Below are positions 8,940 to 19,402 of a DNA stretch of 43,980 nucleotides, piece by piece. How positions within the stretch are numbered: the stretch's first letter is position 1; each line of letters begins with the position of its first letter. The position numbers and the translations under genes were made by a program. The notes beneath the pieces were generated by a model. It did not search any database and had not been told where the DNA came from. It saw only the letters and a list, made by a program, of their open reading frames with translations. The stretch spans positions 1-43,980 of the forward strand of contig CAXDRM010000002.1 in the NCBI GenBank assembly GCA_963991775.1, in the 5' to 3' direction. Source of the stretch: an uncultured Rickettsiales bacterium (GTDB taxonomy: Bacteria; Pseudomonadota; Alphaproteobacteria; Rickettsiales; JABIRX01).

Positions 8940-11180
8940 TTAGAATTTTGCAACATATTCGAGCAGCGCCGCATGCTCAAAATCATTATTGCCAAGATAG
9001 CGTTGTTGATTAGTAACTAAATTAAATTTTAGCTCTCTATTTTTACCTAGATGCTTATAGTAAAAAATCTCATAATCATAAAATTCTATAGCACCCAAAT
9101 CAACTGTGAGACTATCAGTAATTACCCTACCATCATCAGTCAATCCCGTTGATATTACTAATTGAACTGCACCTTGTTCAATCTGCCAAGGACGTGCCAC
9201 TGAAAAACCCAATTTTTCCTTCGTATTTAGATTATAAACTGCACCTAAAGTAAAATTACTCGTAGTAAAATTGTTTGATGTAGTAATTAATGAATCTTGT
9301 TGTTCAGCTTCACTTAGTAAATAACCATATTTAATAAAATAGTTAAATTTAAGATTTTTTGAAGTTAAGGCTATATCAAAACTATGATTTTCTGCTGAAT
9401 CTGCACTCACAAAGCCTTCACTACCTGTAAAACCTAAAACACCATTCTCTTCATGATAAAAACTATGTGCAAAATTTATGGCAAATTTTTTAAATGATTT
9501 ATTTAAAGCATTAGAAAAACCATAATATTCATCATCAGAGGCTAAATTCGTTGCTCTAAAGAAGCTTGAAGTTAAGGCTAAATTCTTACTAGCTTGATAG
9601 GTCAAAGCAAAATTTTGACTATTATCTATATTATTGTCGTAATAGCTATTAAACGCTGTTTCGTTAGCAATATTAAAATTACTTAAGAAATCATATTGAT
9701 TAACTATATTTGATTGATGACTAGTAGCTGAGAAATTAAAAGCTAATTTGGGTGCAATATTTCCACTGAAAAACAAATTATCAAACTCAACATTTTGATT
9801 TTCTGTTTCAGGATTTTCAAAAATAAATTCTGCTTTACGGTCAGTAATATTATTAAAATTAAAAGCAAAATTATTACTATTAAAACCAATATTTTCTGCT
9901 TCTACATAATGATCTGTAAAGAAAAAATCCAAACCTCTACTATCATTATAATATTCTAATTTACTGATATAATCTGCTTTAAAATCACGGCCATATTTAT
10001 CATAAAACACACCTTGATTCAAAAAGTCTGTTACAGACTCACTTGAAAATAACGCCTGATAACTTGTAGGAATATTAAGCTCTGTATTATCATATTGATA
10101 GCTTTCACCAGTGCTTGATACTGAAAGTGAAATACCTTGATTAGTTACAGCATTTTCAAGATCCAACATGCCAGCTCCATAAACCGAGCTATCTGCAAAT
10201 ACTCCTGAACTATCTGCAGTATCTAACAAGATAGTAACGACTTGAGCACCAGTTAGGCTTGGCCAAGCTGACTGCAAAATTGCTGCAGCACCTGATACTA
10301 CAGGAGCTGACATTGAGGTTCCTGAATTTAAACCATAGCCGCCATTATTTGTAGTTGAATAAATATTAGTACCGGGCGCTGCAAGACAATTATTTATAGA
10401 GCCACAACTATCACTAAATGAAGCTAGTGAACCATTATCTGTAGCAACTACTGCTAGCATTTGGCCATTAAAGTCAAACGGATCATCACTATCATAATCC
10501 GCATTTCTAGCTGGGTAAGAAGGCTGAGTATCGCTATCATTACCTGCAGCAAAAACCATAACTATATTCTGGTTGCTAGAGATAATTTGCTCTATTTCAA
10601 AATTTACCAATGCAGAATCTACCGTATCCCCGTTATCATCTACAGTTCCCCAGCTATTATTAATTACTGTTGCTCCAGTATTTATAACATCTGCTGATAA
10701 ATCTCCTGTATAACTATCAGCAACAAAATTGACTGAAGCAATTTCAACACCTGGTGCAATACCATGCATACCTGAACCATTATATTCAGCTGCCACAATA
10801 CCTGCCACATGCGTACCATGCCCATCACTATCTACATTTGCGCCAGCAGAACTACTGCTAGAATTAAAATTATTATCTAAATCACTATGGCTTGCTAAAA
10901 CACCAGTATCTACAATTGCAACTGTTACACCATTTCCAGCCCAGTTTTTTTCATTATTAGCTAAAATTGCATAAGCATCATCTGCATTAACAGCGCTCAA
11001 AAAATTCTGGCCACCGTTGCTAGCATTAAAATATTCACTAGAAGAACTAAAATCTGAAGCGCTGCAAGAAGTGCCACATGGGCTGACGGTTGTAATATTT
11101 GCTCCTGAACCTCTGCTACCTCCTCCTCCTCCACATGAAATTAACAATAAAAAAATCAATAATTTATTAAGTCTTAACAT
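8940..11180 (-). CDS. Lipoprotein subtilisin-like (S8) serine protease autotransporter, NalP/SphB1-like architecture
   Basis: 746 aa. It has a signal peptide with lipobox LLISC followed by a Gly-rich linker ([10 protein letters not shown]). The catalytic triad motifs are [17 protein letters not shown] and [16 protein letters not shown]. The C-terminal ~300 aa are rich in alternating aromatic residues and end in ...LLEYVAKF, an OMP beta-barrel signature with terminal Phe. Confidence 0.75.
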   Translation of the reverse strand: MLRLNKLLIFLLLISCGGGGGSRGSGANITTVSPCGTSCSASDFSSSSEYFNASNGGQNFLSAVNADDAYAILANNEKNWAGNGVTVAIVDTGVLASHSDLDNNFNSSSSSAGANVDSDGHGTHVAGIVAAEYNGSGMHGIAPGVEIASVNFVADSYTGDLSADVINTGATVINNSWGTVDDNGDTVDSALVNFEIEQIISSNQNIVMVFAAGNDSDTQPSYPARNADYDSDDPFDFNGQMLAVVATDNGSLASFSDSCGSINNCLAAPGTNIYSTTNNGGYGLNSGTSMSAPVVSGAAAILQSAWPSLTGAQVVTILLDTADSSGVFADSSVYGAGMLDLENAVTNQGISLSVSSTGESYQYDNTELNIPTSYQALFSSESVTDFLNQGVFYDKYGRDFKADYISKLEYYNDSRGLDFFFTDHYVEAENIGFNSNNFAFNFNNITDRKAEFIFENPETENQNVEFDNLFFSGNIAPKLAFNFSATSHQSNIVNQYDFLSNFNIANETAFNSYYDNNIDNSQNFALTYQASKNLALTSSFFRATNLASDDEYYGFSNALNKSFKKFAINFAHSFYHEENGVLGFTGSEGFVSADSAENHSFDIALTSKNLKFNYFIKYGYLLSEAEQQDSLITTSNNFTTSNFTLGAVYNLNTKEKLGFSVARPWQIEQGAVQLVISTGLTDDGRVITDSLTVDLGAIEFYDYEIFYYKHLGKNRELKFNLVTNQQRYLGNNDFEHAALLEYVAKF

Positions 11181-11324
11181 ATTTTTAGTGAAGTTATTTT
11201 TTTATAATTAATTTTTACCATAACATTTTTTAAGACAAAATAATATAATTTTCTATTTGTTATTTCTGAGTAGAAATATTATTATCGCAAATCTTACAAA
11301 TAACAATTTATTACAGAGAATTTT

Positions 11325-12359
11325 ATGGATAAATCAAAAGCTTTAGAATCTGCATTGGCTCAAATAGAACGATCATATGGTAAAGGTTCAGTAATGAAGC
11401 TTGGTCAAACTGATACAGTTGATATAGCAGCAATTTCTACAGGTTCTATTTCTATTGATTGGGCTCTGGGTATTGGAGGCTTTCCTCGTGGTAGAATTAT
11501 TGAAATTTATGGACCTGAATCTTCAGGTAAAACTACATTAGCTTTAAGCGCAATTGCAGAAGCGCAAAGATCAGGAGGAACTTGCGCCTTTATTGATGCA
11601 GAACATGCTCTTGATCCTATTTATGCGCAAAAATTAGGTATTAATCTTGATGAGCTAGTCATTTCACAACCTGATACAGGTGAGCAATCTCTTGAAATTA
11701 CTGATACATTAGTTCGCTCTGGAGCAATTGATCTGATTGTTGTAGATTCTGTAGCTGCTCTGGTACCAAAAGCAGAATTAGAAGGTGATATGGGTGATAC
11801 TCATGTTGGTTTACAAGCGCGTTTAATGAGTCAGGCCTTACGTAAACTTACTGGCTCAGTTGCCAAAACTAATTGTATTGTAATTTTTATCAATCAGATT
11901 AGAATGAAAATTGGCGTTATGTTTGGCAACCCAGAAACTACTACTGGTGGTAATGCTCTTAAATTTTACTGCTCAGTAAGAATAGATATTCGTAGAAGCA
12001 CAGCTTTAAAAGATAAAGATGAAGTTATAGGTAACACCGCTAAAATTAAAGTGGTTAAAAATAAGGTTGCACCACCATTTAGATCAGTTGAAGTAGATAT
12101 TATGTATGGTGAAGGAATCTCTAAAACTGGTGAATTAATTGATCTTGGTGTCAGAGAAGAAATTGTCGAAAAATCTGGCTCTTGGTACTCTTATGAAGGA
12201 GAACGAATTGGCCAAGGTAAAGAAAATGCAAAAATCTTTTTAAAAGAAAATGCAGATATAGCTAATGATATTGAAGCTAAAATTAGAGCAAAATTAGGTA
12301 TTGGCGCTGAACAAGAACCAACGGCTAAAGCGGCAGATTCTGCTGAAAGTGCTGCTTAA
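11325..12359 (+). CDS. recA: Recombinase A
   Basis: 344 aa with Walker [10 protein letters not shown], the loop regions and the conserved N-terminus [26 protein letters not shown]. Confidence 0.97.
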   Translation: MDKSKALESALAQIERSYGKGSVMKLGQTDTVDIAAISTGSISIDWALGIGGFPRGRIIEIYGPESSGKTTLALSAIAEAQRSGGTCAFIDAEHALDPIYAQKLGINLDELVISQPDTGEQSLEITDTLVRSGAIDLIVVDSVAALVPKAELEGDMGDTHVGLQARLMSQALRKLTGSVAKTNCIVIFINQIRMKIGVMFGNPETTTGGNALKFYCSVRIDIRRSTALKDKDEVIGNTAKIKVVKNKVAPPFRSVEVDIMYGEGISKTGELIDLGVREEIVEKSGSWYSYEGERIGQGKENAKIFLKENADIANDIEAKIRAKLGIGAEQEPTAKAADSAESAA

Positions 12360-12387
12360 TTTTTAGCGAACTGGCTTTTTTGAGAGA

Positions 12388-12491
12388 GCTGTGAATGTGC
12401 ATAAATATGCAAGCCGAGGCTTGTAGCGTTACATGAAACCTTACCAAGTGCTTCACGCTACAAGCCCGGTTCTGCGGACTAGATTAGAACC
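12388..12491. repeat. Palindromic intergenic element downstream of recA (mosaic, related to families A and B)
   Basis: There is a perfect 12-bp stem, GGCTTGTAGCGT (12418-12429) with ACGCTACAAGCC (12455-12466). A second hairpin is GGTTCT...AGAACC (12468-12491). The 5' part GCTGTGAATGTGCAT resembles family A ends, and CCCGGTTCT resembles the family B block. Confidence 0.6.
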
Positions 12492-12575
12492 TGAAAAATC
12501 ATCATAAATAGTAATATTTTATTTTACAATAAGTTTTTTTAAATTTACTTTTAGGTAAATTTATTACGTCGCACT

Positions 12576-14078
12576 ATGGAATATGGTATTAGTTATACTG
12601 TTGCTTTAACCGGTCTTAAAGCAAGAAAAATCATTGTACAAACCCACATTGAAAACACCTCACCTTACTTTAATATCGTTGGACTTGGCGATAAAGCAGT
12701 TAGTGAATCAAAAGAAAGAATCAGAGCAGCTTTAAGCTCAATTGGTATTAGCTTACCAGCAAAACGCATCATTGTGAATCTTGCACCTGCTGATTTACAA
12801 AAAGAAGGCAGCCATTATGATTTGGCCATTATTATTTCGTTACTTGCAGCTTTAAAATTAATACCTCAACAAGAAGCTAGTAAATATATTTTCTGTGCTG
12901 AATTAGCTCTTGATGCATCTATAAGCTCTGTTTCGGGCATTTTACCTGCTGCTATATTTGCTAATCAATTAGAGAAAGGCTTTATCTGTTCAAAGCATAA
13001 TGCACAAGAAGCAACTATCTCTGGCAATAATAACTTAATTTGTAGTGATTTTTTAACCGAGATAATCAAATTTTTAAAAGGTGAAAAATCAATTTTGCCG
13101 GTGCAAAATAAACTAGCTTTTAAAAAGAAAGAATTAAGTGATTTTAGCGAAGTAAAGGGCTTAGAATCATGTAAAAGGGCCTTAGAGATTGCTGCAGCTG
13201 GCAGACATAATGTTTTAATGATTGGCCCGCCTGGTGCAGGTAAATCAATGTTAGCTGAACGTTTTAAGTCAATATTGCCTGAATTAAGCGCAGCTGAACA
13301 GCTAGAACTTGCTACTATACAAAGTATTACTGGAGAATTTAACGATAAAGAATTTGCAATAGATATTCCTTTACGCTCACCGCATCATAGCGCCTCTTTA
13401 GTTGCATTAACTGGTGGTGGTAGCAAAGTTTCTCCTGGTGAAGTAACTTTAGCACATCATGGCATATTATTTTTAGATGAGTTACCTGAATTTAAAAGAA
13501 GCAGCTTAGAGGCTTTGCGCCAACCTTTAGAAAGTAAAGAGATTCATATAGCAAGAGCAGAAAAAACCATTACCTACCCTGCAAATTTTCAGTTAATTGC
13601 AGCCATGAACCCTTGTAAATGTGGCTATTTACAAATCCCGGAAAAAGCCTGTAACAAGGTGCCACTCTGCGCTAAAGATTATATGAAGAAAATTTCTGGC
13701 CCTTTATTAGAGCGCATCGATTTAATTTGCAAAATACCTTATCAAAAAACCAAACTTTTTACAAGTGATGCGAGTGCAGCTGAATCATCTGCACAAATTA
13801 GAAACAGAGTAAGTGCTGCACGTATGTTACAAAAAGATAAATTAGCAAATTTAAACTTGAATTATAACTCTGAATTATCTCTTAAAAATTTTGAAAATAA
13901 TCAAAATATTACAGCATCAGCTAAGGCTACTTTAGAAAATGCTATTGAAAGATATTTACTCTCCAATCGTGCAGCGCTACGCATTTTAAGAGTAGCACAA
14001 ACCATCGCTGATCTTGCAAAATCAGAACAACTAAAAGAAGAGCATATATTAGAAGCCTTAAATTATCGTTTGCATTAG
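12576..14078 (+). CDS. comM: YifB/ComM family Mg-chelatase-like AAA+ ATPase
   Basis: 500 aa with a Lon-protease-like N-domain (VGLGDKAVSESKERIRAAL, NLAPADLQKEG), Walker A GPPGAGKS and Walker B ILFLDELPEF. Confidence 0.85.
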   Translation: MEYGISYTVALTGLKARKIIVQTHIENTSPYFNIVGLGDKAVSESKERIRAALSSIGISLPAKRIIVNLAPADLQKEGSHYDLAIIISLLAALKLIPQQEASKYIFCAELALDASISSVSGILPAAIFANQLEKGFICSKHNAQEATISGNNNLICSDFLTEIIKFLKGEKSILPVQNKLAFKKKELSDFSEVKGLESCKRALEIAAAGRHNVLMIGPPGAGKSMLAERFKSILPELSAAEQLELATIQSITGEFNDKEFAIDIPLRSPHHSASLVALTGGGSKVSPGEVTLAHHGILFLDELPEFKRSSLEALRQPLESKEIHIARAEKTITYPANFQLIAAMNPCKCGYLQIPEKACNKVPLCAKDYMKKISGPLLERIDLICKIPYQKTKLFTSDASAAESSAQIRNRVSAARMLQKDKLANLNLNYNSELSLKNFENNQNITASAKATLENAIERYLLSNRAALRILRVAQTIADLAKSEQLKEEHILEALNYRLH

Positions 14079-14086
14079 AGACTATT

Positions 14087-14188
14087 AAGATTTTGACTTT
14101 GCTGTGCATTTGCATATCAGGAGCATTTATAAATAACCATTACGTCATTTATAAAGCGCAAGTAAATCCATAGTGAAGGCAAAATTTT
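14087..14188 (+). repeat. Family A palindromic interspersed repeat, copy A1
   Basis: The core GCTGTGCATTTGCATATCAGGAGCATTTATAAATAACC... matches copy A2 at 55 of 70 positions in my hand alignment (27 of the first 28). The imperfect terminal inverted repeats are AAGATTTTGACTT and AAGGCAAAATTTT. Confidence 0.7.
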
Positions 14189-14292
14189 AATTACTATTAG
14201 ATTACAATTTTAAAATATAGCTCAGTTCCTCTTGAATGTAGTAAGCTTTGCTTTATCATAATTCACACCAAAGTTCTATCTTTATAAGAAAT

Positions 14293-14808
14293 ATGCAGCA
14301 CAATAATCTTATCGATAAAATTATCCGCGTTAATCATGCTGGTGAATATGGCGCAAAAAGAATTTATCAAGGTCAAATAGCCTATACTAAGAATCCAGCG
14401 ACTAAAAAACTTTTAAAAGAAATGCTTGAGCATGAAGCTGAACATCTGCAATATTTTGAGCAGCAAATTAAAGAGCGCAAGGTGCGTCCTACTGCTTTAT
14501 TTCCGCTGTGGCATGCTCTAGGTTATGGCTTAGGTGCCGTTACTGCAATGCTTGGTGAAAAAACTGCTATGGCATGTACTTATGCTGTTGAAGAAGTTAT
14601 TGAAGGGCACTATCAAAATCAACTTGATAAGCTAGATAAATCTGAAGCAGCGCTCAAAAAAAATATCAAAAAATTCCAAGCTGAAGAAGTACATCACCGC
14701 GATATTGCTACTGAACATTCTGCAGAAGAAGCTTTTGGCTTCAGCATCTTTAAAAATTTAGTTGCAAAAACTTCTAAAACAGCAATTTGGCTTTCTGAGA
14801 GATTTTAA
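14293..14808 (+). CDS. coq7: Demethoxyubiquinone hydroxylase (Coq7/Cat5 family di-iron carboxylate protein)
   Basis: It has RVNHAGEYGAKRIYQGQ and two ExxH motifs (EHEAEHL, AEEVHHRD). The ORF track starts at a TTG at 14248; the ATG at 14293 (MQHNNLIDKIIRVNHAGE) is preferred. Confidence 0.8.
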   Translation: MQHNNLIDKIIRVNHAGEYGAKRIYQGQIAYTKNPATKKLLKEMLEHEAEHLQYFEQQIKERKVRPTALFPLWHALGYGLGAVTAMLGEKTAMACTYAVEEVIEGHYQNQLDKLDKSEAALKKNIKKFQAEEVHHRDIATEHSAEEAFGFSIFKNLVAKTSKTAIWLSERF

Positions 14809-14809
14809 C

Positions 14810-15925
14810 ATGCAAATTGATAATAAAATTAAAATTCGTAAAACAGGCAAACTTAAAACTGCGCATCTTACGGCAACATTAATAATCATCTTTAGCTTAT
14901 TATGGATTTTAAGTGGTAAGCTAAAAGATAAAGAAATCCCTGACTTTAACGCAGCAAAACCTCAAACCGTTTTTAAAGTAGTAACTGAAAGCTCACAAGC
15001 TATAGAAAAATATCGTGAATTATTTTTTTATGGCAAAGCATTCGCTGCACAAAAGGTTGAATTAAAATCTGAAATTGATGGTAAAATTGCCAAGATAATA
15101 AAAGAGGATGGCAACTATCTAGCAGCAGGTGAAGAAATTATTGCTCTAGATAATAGACAATATGAAACTAGCTTTAGACAATTTAAAGCAAATTTAGCAG
15201 AAAAAAAACTAACTTTACGTTCTACCAAAAATCTGGCCCGTAAAAAGCTTGCATCAAAGGCTCAACTTGCAGTAGCTCAGGCAGATTTCGAAAAAGCTCA
15301 AGCAGATCTTAAACTTGCAGAAATAGATTTAAAAAACACTAAAATTATTGCTCCTTTTGCAGGCAAGATAGAAAAAATCTATATTGAAGAAGGTGAAGTA
15401 ATTAAAAAATTTGATACTCCGTTAGTACAGTTTTTAAATGATAATAAAATTTTAATTGAATCATATATCCCAGAAAAATTAATTTTTGCTATTGATGCTA
15501 TAGAAAATGTCACTGTAAATTTTTCTGACGAAATCATTAAAAAAGCTGAGTTAAATTATATTGCAAATTTAGCTGATCCTGAAACTAAAACCTACAAGAT
15601 AGAACTAGCTGTCGACAATATTGATGGTTTAATTAAAGATGGTATGACTGCTAAGGTTACTTTTTTAACTAATCCAGAAGTTGCTCATAGGATTAAAGCC
15701 TCCACTTTAACTATTGATGAGGCTGGTAATATTGGAGTAAAACATATTACAGCAGAAAATCTAGTTATCTTTAGTGAAGTAAAAATCATAGCTGAAGAAG
15801 GCGAGGAGATTTATGTCTCAGGCTTACCAAATAGCGCTGAAATAATCACTGTTGGGCACAGCTTCGTTAAAATTGGTGACCAAGTACAAATTAAGCAAGA
15901 TAAAGTTTCTGATGAGCCTAATTGA
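14810..15925 (+). CDS. RND efflux periplasmic adaptor (membrane fusion protein, HlyD family)
   Basis: It has an N-terminal TM anchor, a coiled-coil hairpin region (KLASKAQLAVAQADFEKAQADLKLAEIDLKNTKIIAPFAGKI) and beta-barrel domains. The ATG at 14810 is 1 nt after the coq7 stop, so the ORF-track start at 14762 is an upstream extension. Confidence 0.75.
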   Translation: MQIDNKIKIRKTGKLKTAHLTATLIIIFSLLWILSGKLKDKEIPDFNAAKPQTVFKVVTESSQAIEKYRELFFYGKAFAAQKVELKSEIDGKIAKIIKEDGNYLAAGEEIIALDNRQYETSFRQFKANLAEKKLTLRSTKNLARKKLASKAQLAVAQADFEKAQADLKLAEIDLKNTKIIAPFAGKIEKIYIEEGEVIKKFDTPLVQFLNDNKILIESYIPEKLIFAIDAIENVTVNFSDEIIKKAELNYIANLADPETKTYKIELAVDNIDGLIKDGMTAKVTFLTNPEVAHRIKASTLTIDEAGNIGVKHITAENLVIFSEVKIIAEEGEEIYVSGLPNSAEIITVGHSFVKIGDQVQIKQDKVSDEPN

Positions 15926-18900
15926 TAATCTGATAGCTAGACGTAAAGCTTTTACTTTTTTATTTATAGTACTGGTTTTTCTTGGTTTTAAATCATATCA
16001 GAATATCCCGCGTGAAGAATATCCAGATGTACAAATTCCTATAGTATTTGTTTCACTTGATTATGAAGGTATTTCTCCTGAGGATGGTGAAAAGCTTTTA
16101 CTAAAACCTGTAGAAAAAGAAGTTCAATCCATAACTGGCGTCAAGAAAATGACTTCTTATGCTATTGAGGGTAAAGCCTCTGTAGTTTTAGAATTTGATG
16201 CAGGTTTTGATAGCGACAAAGCTATTGATGATGTTAGAGAAAAAATAGATCTAGCTAGACCAGAATTGCCTACAGATATTGATGAGCCTAAAATAAAAGA
16301 AATAATCTTTAGTGAATTCCCAGTACTAAATGTTATTTTAACTGGCGCGGTGAATGAAAGAGCTTTAGTAAGAATTGCGCGTAATTTACAAGATAGAATT
16401 GAAGAAATCTCCGAAGTATTAGAAGTCAATATTGCGGGTGATCTTGAAGAGACTGTAGAAATAGTCATTGATCCTATAAAGCTTGAAGCATTTGGCATAT
16501 CTTTTTCTGTCATTGAAAGAATCCTTAATAATAATCGCCTAGTTACAGCTGGAGCATTAATTTCAGGCTCAAGCCGTTATGCAGTTAAGATACCAGGCTT
16601 ACTTGAAGACCTTGATGATATTTTAGAACTACCATTAAAATCTAATGGTGATCGCGTGGTTAAAGTTGCAGATATTGCTGAAATTAAAAAAAGCTATAAA
16701 CCAAGAACCTCAATTGCTCGGGTTAATGGACAAACTGCTGTAACCTTAGAAGTTTCAAAACGCTCTGGTGAAAATGTAATTGCGACAGTTAGAAAAGTTA
16801 GAGAGCTAGTAGAAATAGAACGTAAATTCTTACCTGAAACTTTAGAAATTATCTTTGCTCAAGATTCATCTGCACGTATTATGACCTCAAATGATGATTT
16901 GCAAAATAACATTATTTTTGCAGTACTCTTAGTTTTAATCACTTTGCTTTTTACCGTAGGTTTAAAACCTGCATTTTTAGTAGCGCTAAGTATTCCTGGT
17001 ACCTTTGTTTTAGCAGCACTTATTTTAAAGCAGCTTGATATTAGTTTGAATATTGTGGTGCTATTTTCACTTATTCTCTCAGTTGGCCTTTTAGTTGATG
17101 CAGCTATTGTAATTACTGAATATGCAGATCGTGAATTAAGCAAACATAATTCTGGTATCAAAGCATTTTCTGCTGCTGTAAAAAGAATGGCTCTGCCTAT
17201 CATAATTTCTACCATCACTACTTTAATAGTATTTATGCCTTTGCTTTTTTGGCCAGGTGTAGTTGGTCAATTCATGCTCTTCATTCCGCTTACCTTAATA
17301 ATTACCCTATCCTGCTCTTTATTAATGGCTTTAATCTTTGTACCAATTATTGGCTCTTGGTCTAGTAAAGATAAAGAAAGCGACTTACGCTCAAAATTCG
17401 CTAAAAATTTTGTAAGAGCCTATGGCAAGCTGGTAACTAAAGTCCTACATTTTCCAGTAATTTTTGCTTTAATAGTCTTTATGGCACTGATTAGCTCAAT
17501 TTATAGCTTTGCAAAATTTGGTAAAGGTTCTGAGTTTTTTCCAGAGATTGAACCTGACAATGCATCTATTAATATTAGAGCTAGAGGAAATCTATCTATC
17601 TATGAAAAAGATGAAATCGCTCAAAAAGCCGAAGAATTAATGGGCCATGATAAAAAGCAAATTACCACAATATATTCACGTATTGGTGATACAGGCAGTA
17701 ATCAAGGTGATAATGCAGGACCAGCAGACACTATTGCAGCTTTACAATTAGAGCTTAATGATTGGCGCTACCGAGATAAGGCTAAAGATATTTTAGCTGA
17801 TCTTGGTACAAAACTTTCAGAGATGTATGGTATTATTATCGAGGCTGACCAAGAAAAGAAAGGACCAGCTTCAGGAAAAGATATTCAAATAGAAGTTAGC
17901 TCGCGCAATACTAAAATAATAGATGTTAATGCATTGAAACTTGTTGAATTTATGCAAGCTTCAGAGCTATTTAAAGATATTGAAGATTCACGACAATTAC
18001 CCTCAATTGAATGGAAATTTGACGTTGATCGCGAATTAGCTGAACAATCTGGTTTAACTGTTAGTGAAATAGGTAATTATATGAAATTAGTAACTAATGG
18101 TATTGTAGCTACTAGTTATCGTCCAGATTATAGTGACGATGAAGTTGATATAGTAATTAGATTTCCAGAAGAATACCGTAATATTTCACAATTTGATTTA
18201 TTAAAAGCAATTTTACCAAATGGCGATGCTGTACCAATTACTAGTTTCATAACCCAAACTGCTCAGCAAGAAGTTAATAAGATTGATCGTATAGATGGTT
18301 ATAGAGTTGTAACCATTAAAGCCAATATTACTGAAGGAACTTTAACTAATATAGGTGTTAAGCAAATTGCTGAATGGTTAGCAGCTGGCAATTTATCGCC
18401 AGAAGTGAATGTTAAATTTGGTGGAGAAGACGAAGATAGCAAAGAAACTGGAGCATTTTTACAAAGTGCCTTTGGTATTGCCTTATTAGTAATGGCCCTA
18501 ATCTTAGTTATTCAGTTTAACTCTATCTATAAAATGATCATTATTATAAGTGCGGCTTATCTTTCTACTGCTGGAGTGTTAATTGGTTTATTAGTAAGCA
18601 ATAGCCCTTTTGGTATTGTAATGTGTGGTGTCGGTATTATCTCACTTGCTGGTATAGTGGTTAACAACAATATTATCTTTATTGATACTTATGATAGATT
18701 AAGAAAAAACAGCATTAGCCCGGTAAGAGCTATTGTCTCAACTGCCACAAAACGTCTTAGACCTATTTTGCTTACTTCTATTACTACTGTCTTAGGTTTA
18801 TTACCTATGGTTTTTAGTATGAATATTAATTTCTTTTCTAGGGAGGTTTATTTTAATTCACCATCAAGTGATTGGTGGCAACAATTATCCACTACAATTG

Positions 18901-19016
18901 CTAGCGGCTTAATTTTTGCGACTATTTTAACCTTATTCTTTACCCCTGCTCTACTGTTGATTGGAGAAAAATGTAGTTACTTTTGGCAAAAGAAATTAAG
19001 TAAAAAGAGCAATTAA
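15912..19016 (+). CDS. RND family efflux transporter permease (AcrB/AcrD/AcrF family)
   Basis: About 1030 aa with two large periplasmic loops and 12 predicted TM segments. The likely start is MSLIDNLIARRKAFTFLFIVLV at 15912, overlapping the adaptor gene by 14 nt. No outer-membrane factor gene follows. Confidence 0.85.
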   Translation: MSLIDNLIARRKAFTFLFIVLVFLGFKSYQNIPREEYPDVQIPIVFVSLDYEGISPEDGEKLLLKPVEKEVQSITGVKKMTSYAIEGKASVVLEFDAGFDSDKAIDDVREKIDLARPELPTDIDEPKIKEIIFSEFPVLNVILTGAVNERALVRIARNLQDRIEEISEVLEVNIAGDLEETVEIVIDPIKLEAFGISFSVIERILNNNRLVTAGALISGSSRYAVKIPGLLEDLDDILELPLKSNGDRVVKVADIAEIKKSYKPRTSIARVNGQTAVTLEVSKRSGENVIATVRKVRELVEIERKFLPETLEIIFAQDSSARIMTSNDDLQNNIIFAVLLVLITLLFTVGLKPAFLVALSIPGTFVLAALILKQLDISLNIVVLFSLILSVGLLVDAAIVITEYADRELSKHNSGIKAFSAAVKRMALPIIISTITTLIVFMPLLFWPGVVGQFMLFIPLTLIITLSCSLLMALIFVPIIGSWSSKDKESDLRSKFAKNFVRAYGKLVTKVLHFPVIFALIVFMALISSIYSFAKFGKGSEFFPEIEPDNASINIRARGNLSIYEKDEIAQKAEELMGHDKKQITTIYSRIGDTGSNQGDNAGPADTIAALQLELNDWRYRDKAKDILADLGTKLSEMYGIIIEADQEKKGPASGKDIQIEVSSRNTKIIDVNALKLVEFMQASELFKDIEDSRQLPSIEWKFDVDRELAEQSGLTVSEIGNYMKLVTNGIVATSYRPDYSDDEVDIVIRFPEEYRNISQFDLLKAILPNGDAVPITSFITQTAQQEVNKIDRIDGYRVVTIKANITEGTLTNIGVKQIAEWLAAGNLSPEVNVKFGGEDEDSKETGAFLQSAFGIALLVMALILVIQFNSIYKMIIIISAAYLSTAGVLIGLLVSNSPFGIVMCGVGIISLAGIVVNNNIIFIDTYDRLRKNSISPVRAIVSTATKRLRPILLTSITTVLGLLPMVFSMNINFFSREVYFNSPSSDWWQQLSTTIASGLIFATILTLFFTPALLLIGEKCSYFWQKKLSKKSN

Positions 19017-19051
19017 ACTGATAAAACCTTAATAATCTGACTAATAGATTT

Positions 19052-19402
19052 ATGTTAACTATCTACGGAATAAAAAATTGTGACACTGTCAAGAAAGCTT
19101 TGAAATGGCTTGAAGAAAACAACTGCGAATATCAATTTCATGACTATAAAAAATCAGGAATTGATGAGCCTTTTTTAAAATCACTGATTGATAAATTAGG
19201 TTGGGAAAATGTACTAAATCTTAAAAGCAGAACTTGGCGTTTATTAAGTGACGATAAAAAACCTAGTAATGCATCCGCTGCTCTAAAACTAGCTAAAGAA
19301 CAAACTTCTATAATCAAACGACCTATCTTAGATAATGGTAATAGTGAACAAATTATCGGTTTTAAAGCAGAGGATTATAAAAATCTTATGCTAAAAGATT
19401 AG
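19052..19402 (+). CDS. ArsC/Spx/YffB family protein (glutaredoxin-like fold)
   Basis: 116 aa. The N-terminus MLTIYGIKNCDTVKKALKWLEENNCEYQFHDYKK and the motif IKRPIL are typical of the YffB subgroup. Confidence 0.75.
   Translation: MLTIYGIKNCDTVKKALKWLEENNCEYQFHDYKKSGIDEPFLKSLIDKLGWENVLNLKSRTWRLLSDDKKPSNASAALKLAKEQTSIIKRPILDNGNSEQIIGFKAEDYKNLMLKD

Noticed and set aside
11255-11309. Inverted repeat TTGTTATTT (11257-11265) with AAATAACAA (11298-11306) upstream of recA, considered as a possible SOS/LexA operator.
   Set aside because: It does not match the alphaproteobacterial GTTC-N7-GTTC box or the CTGT-N8-ACAG box. A 9-bp AT-only inverted repeat is plausible by chance in this composition.
14248-15911. 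Upstream extensions in the ORF track for coq7 (14248), the RND adaptor (14762) and the RND permease (15852). The same applies to gyrB (32916), purL (38787), mlaE (42279) and cysG (7799).
   Set aside because: Each extension starts at a non-ATG codon or overlaps the preceding gene. A downstream ATG gives the canonical conserved N-terminus in every case, so I adjusted the coordinates in the feature list.
16157-17218. Antisense ORFs of 118 and 119 aa inside the RND permease gene. There are similar short antisense ORFs inside cysN, cysI, the protease gene, mutS, dapF, purL and the NMO-family gene.
   Set aside because: All are embedded in well-supported genes on the opposite strand. They have no recognisable motifs or ribosome-binding sites, so I treat them as spurious.
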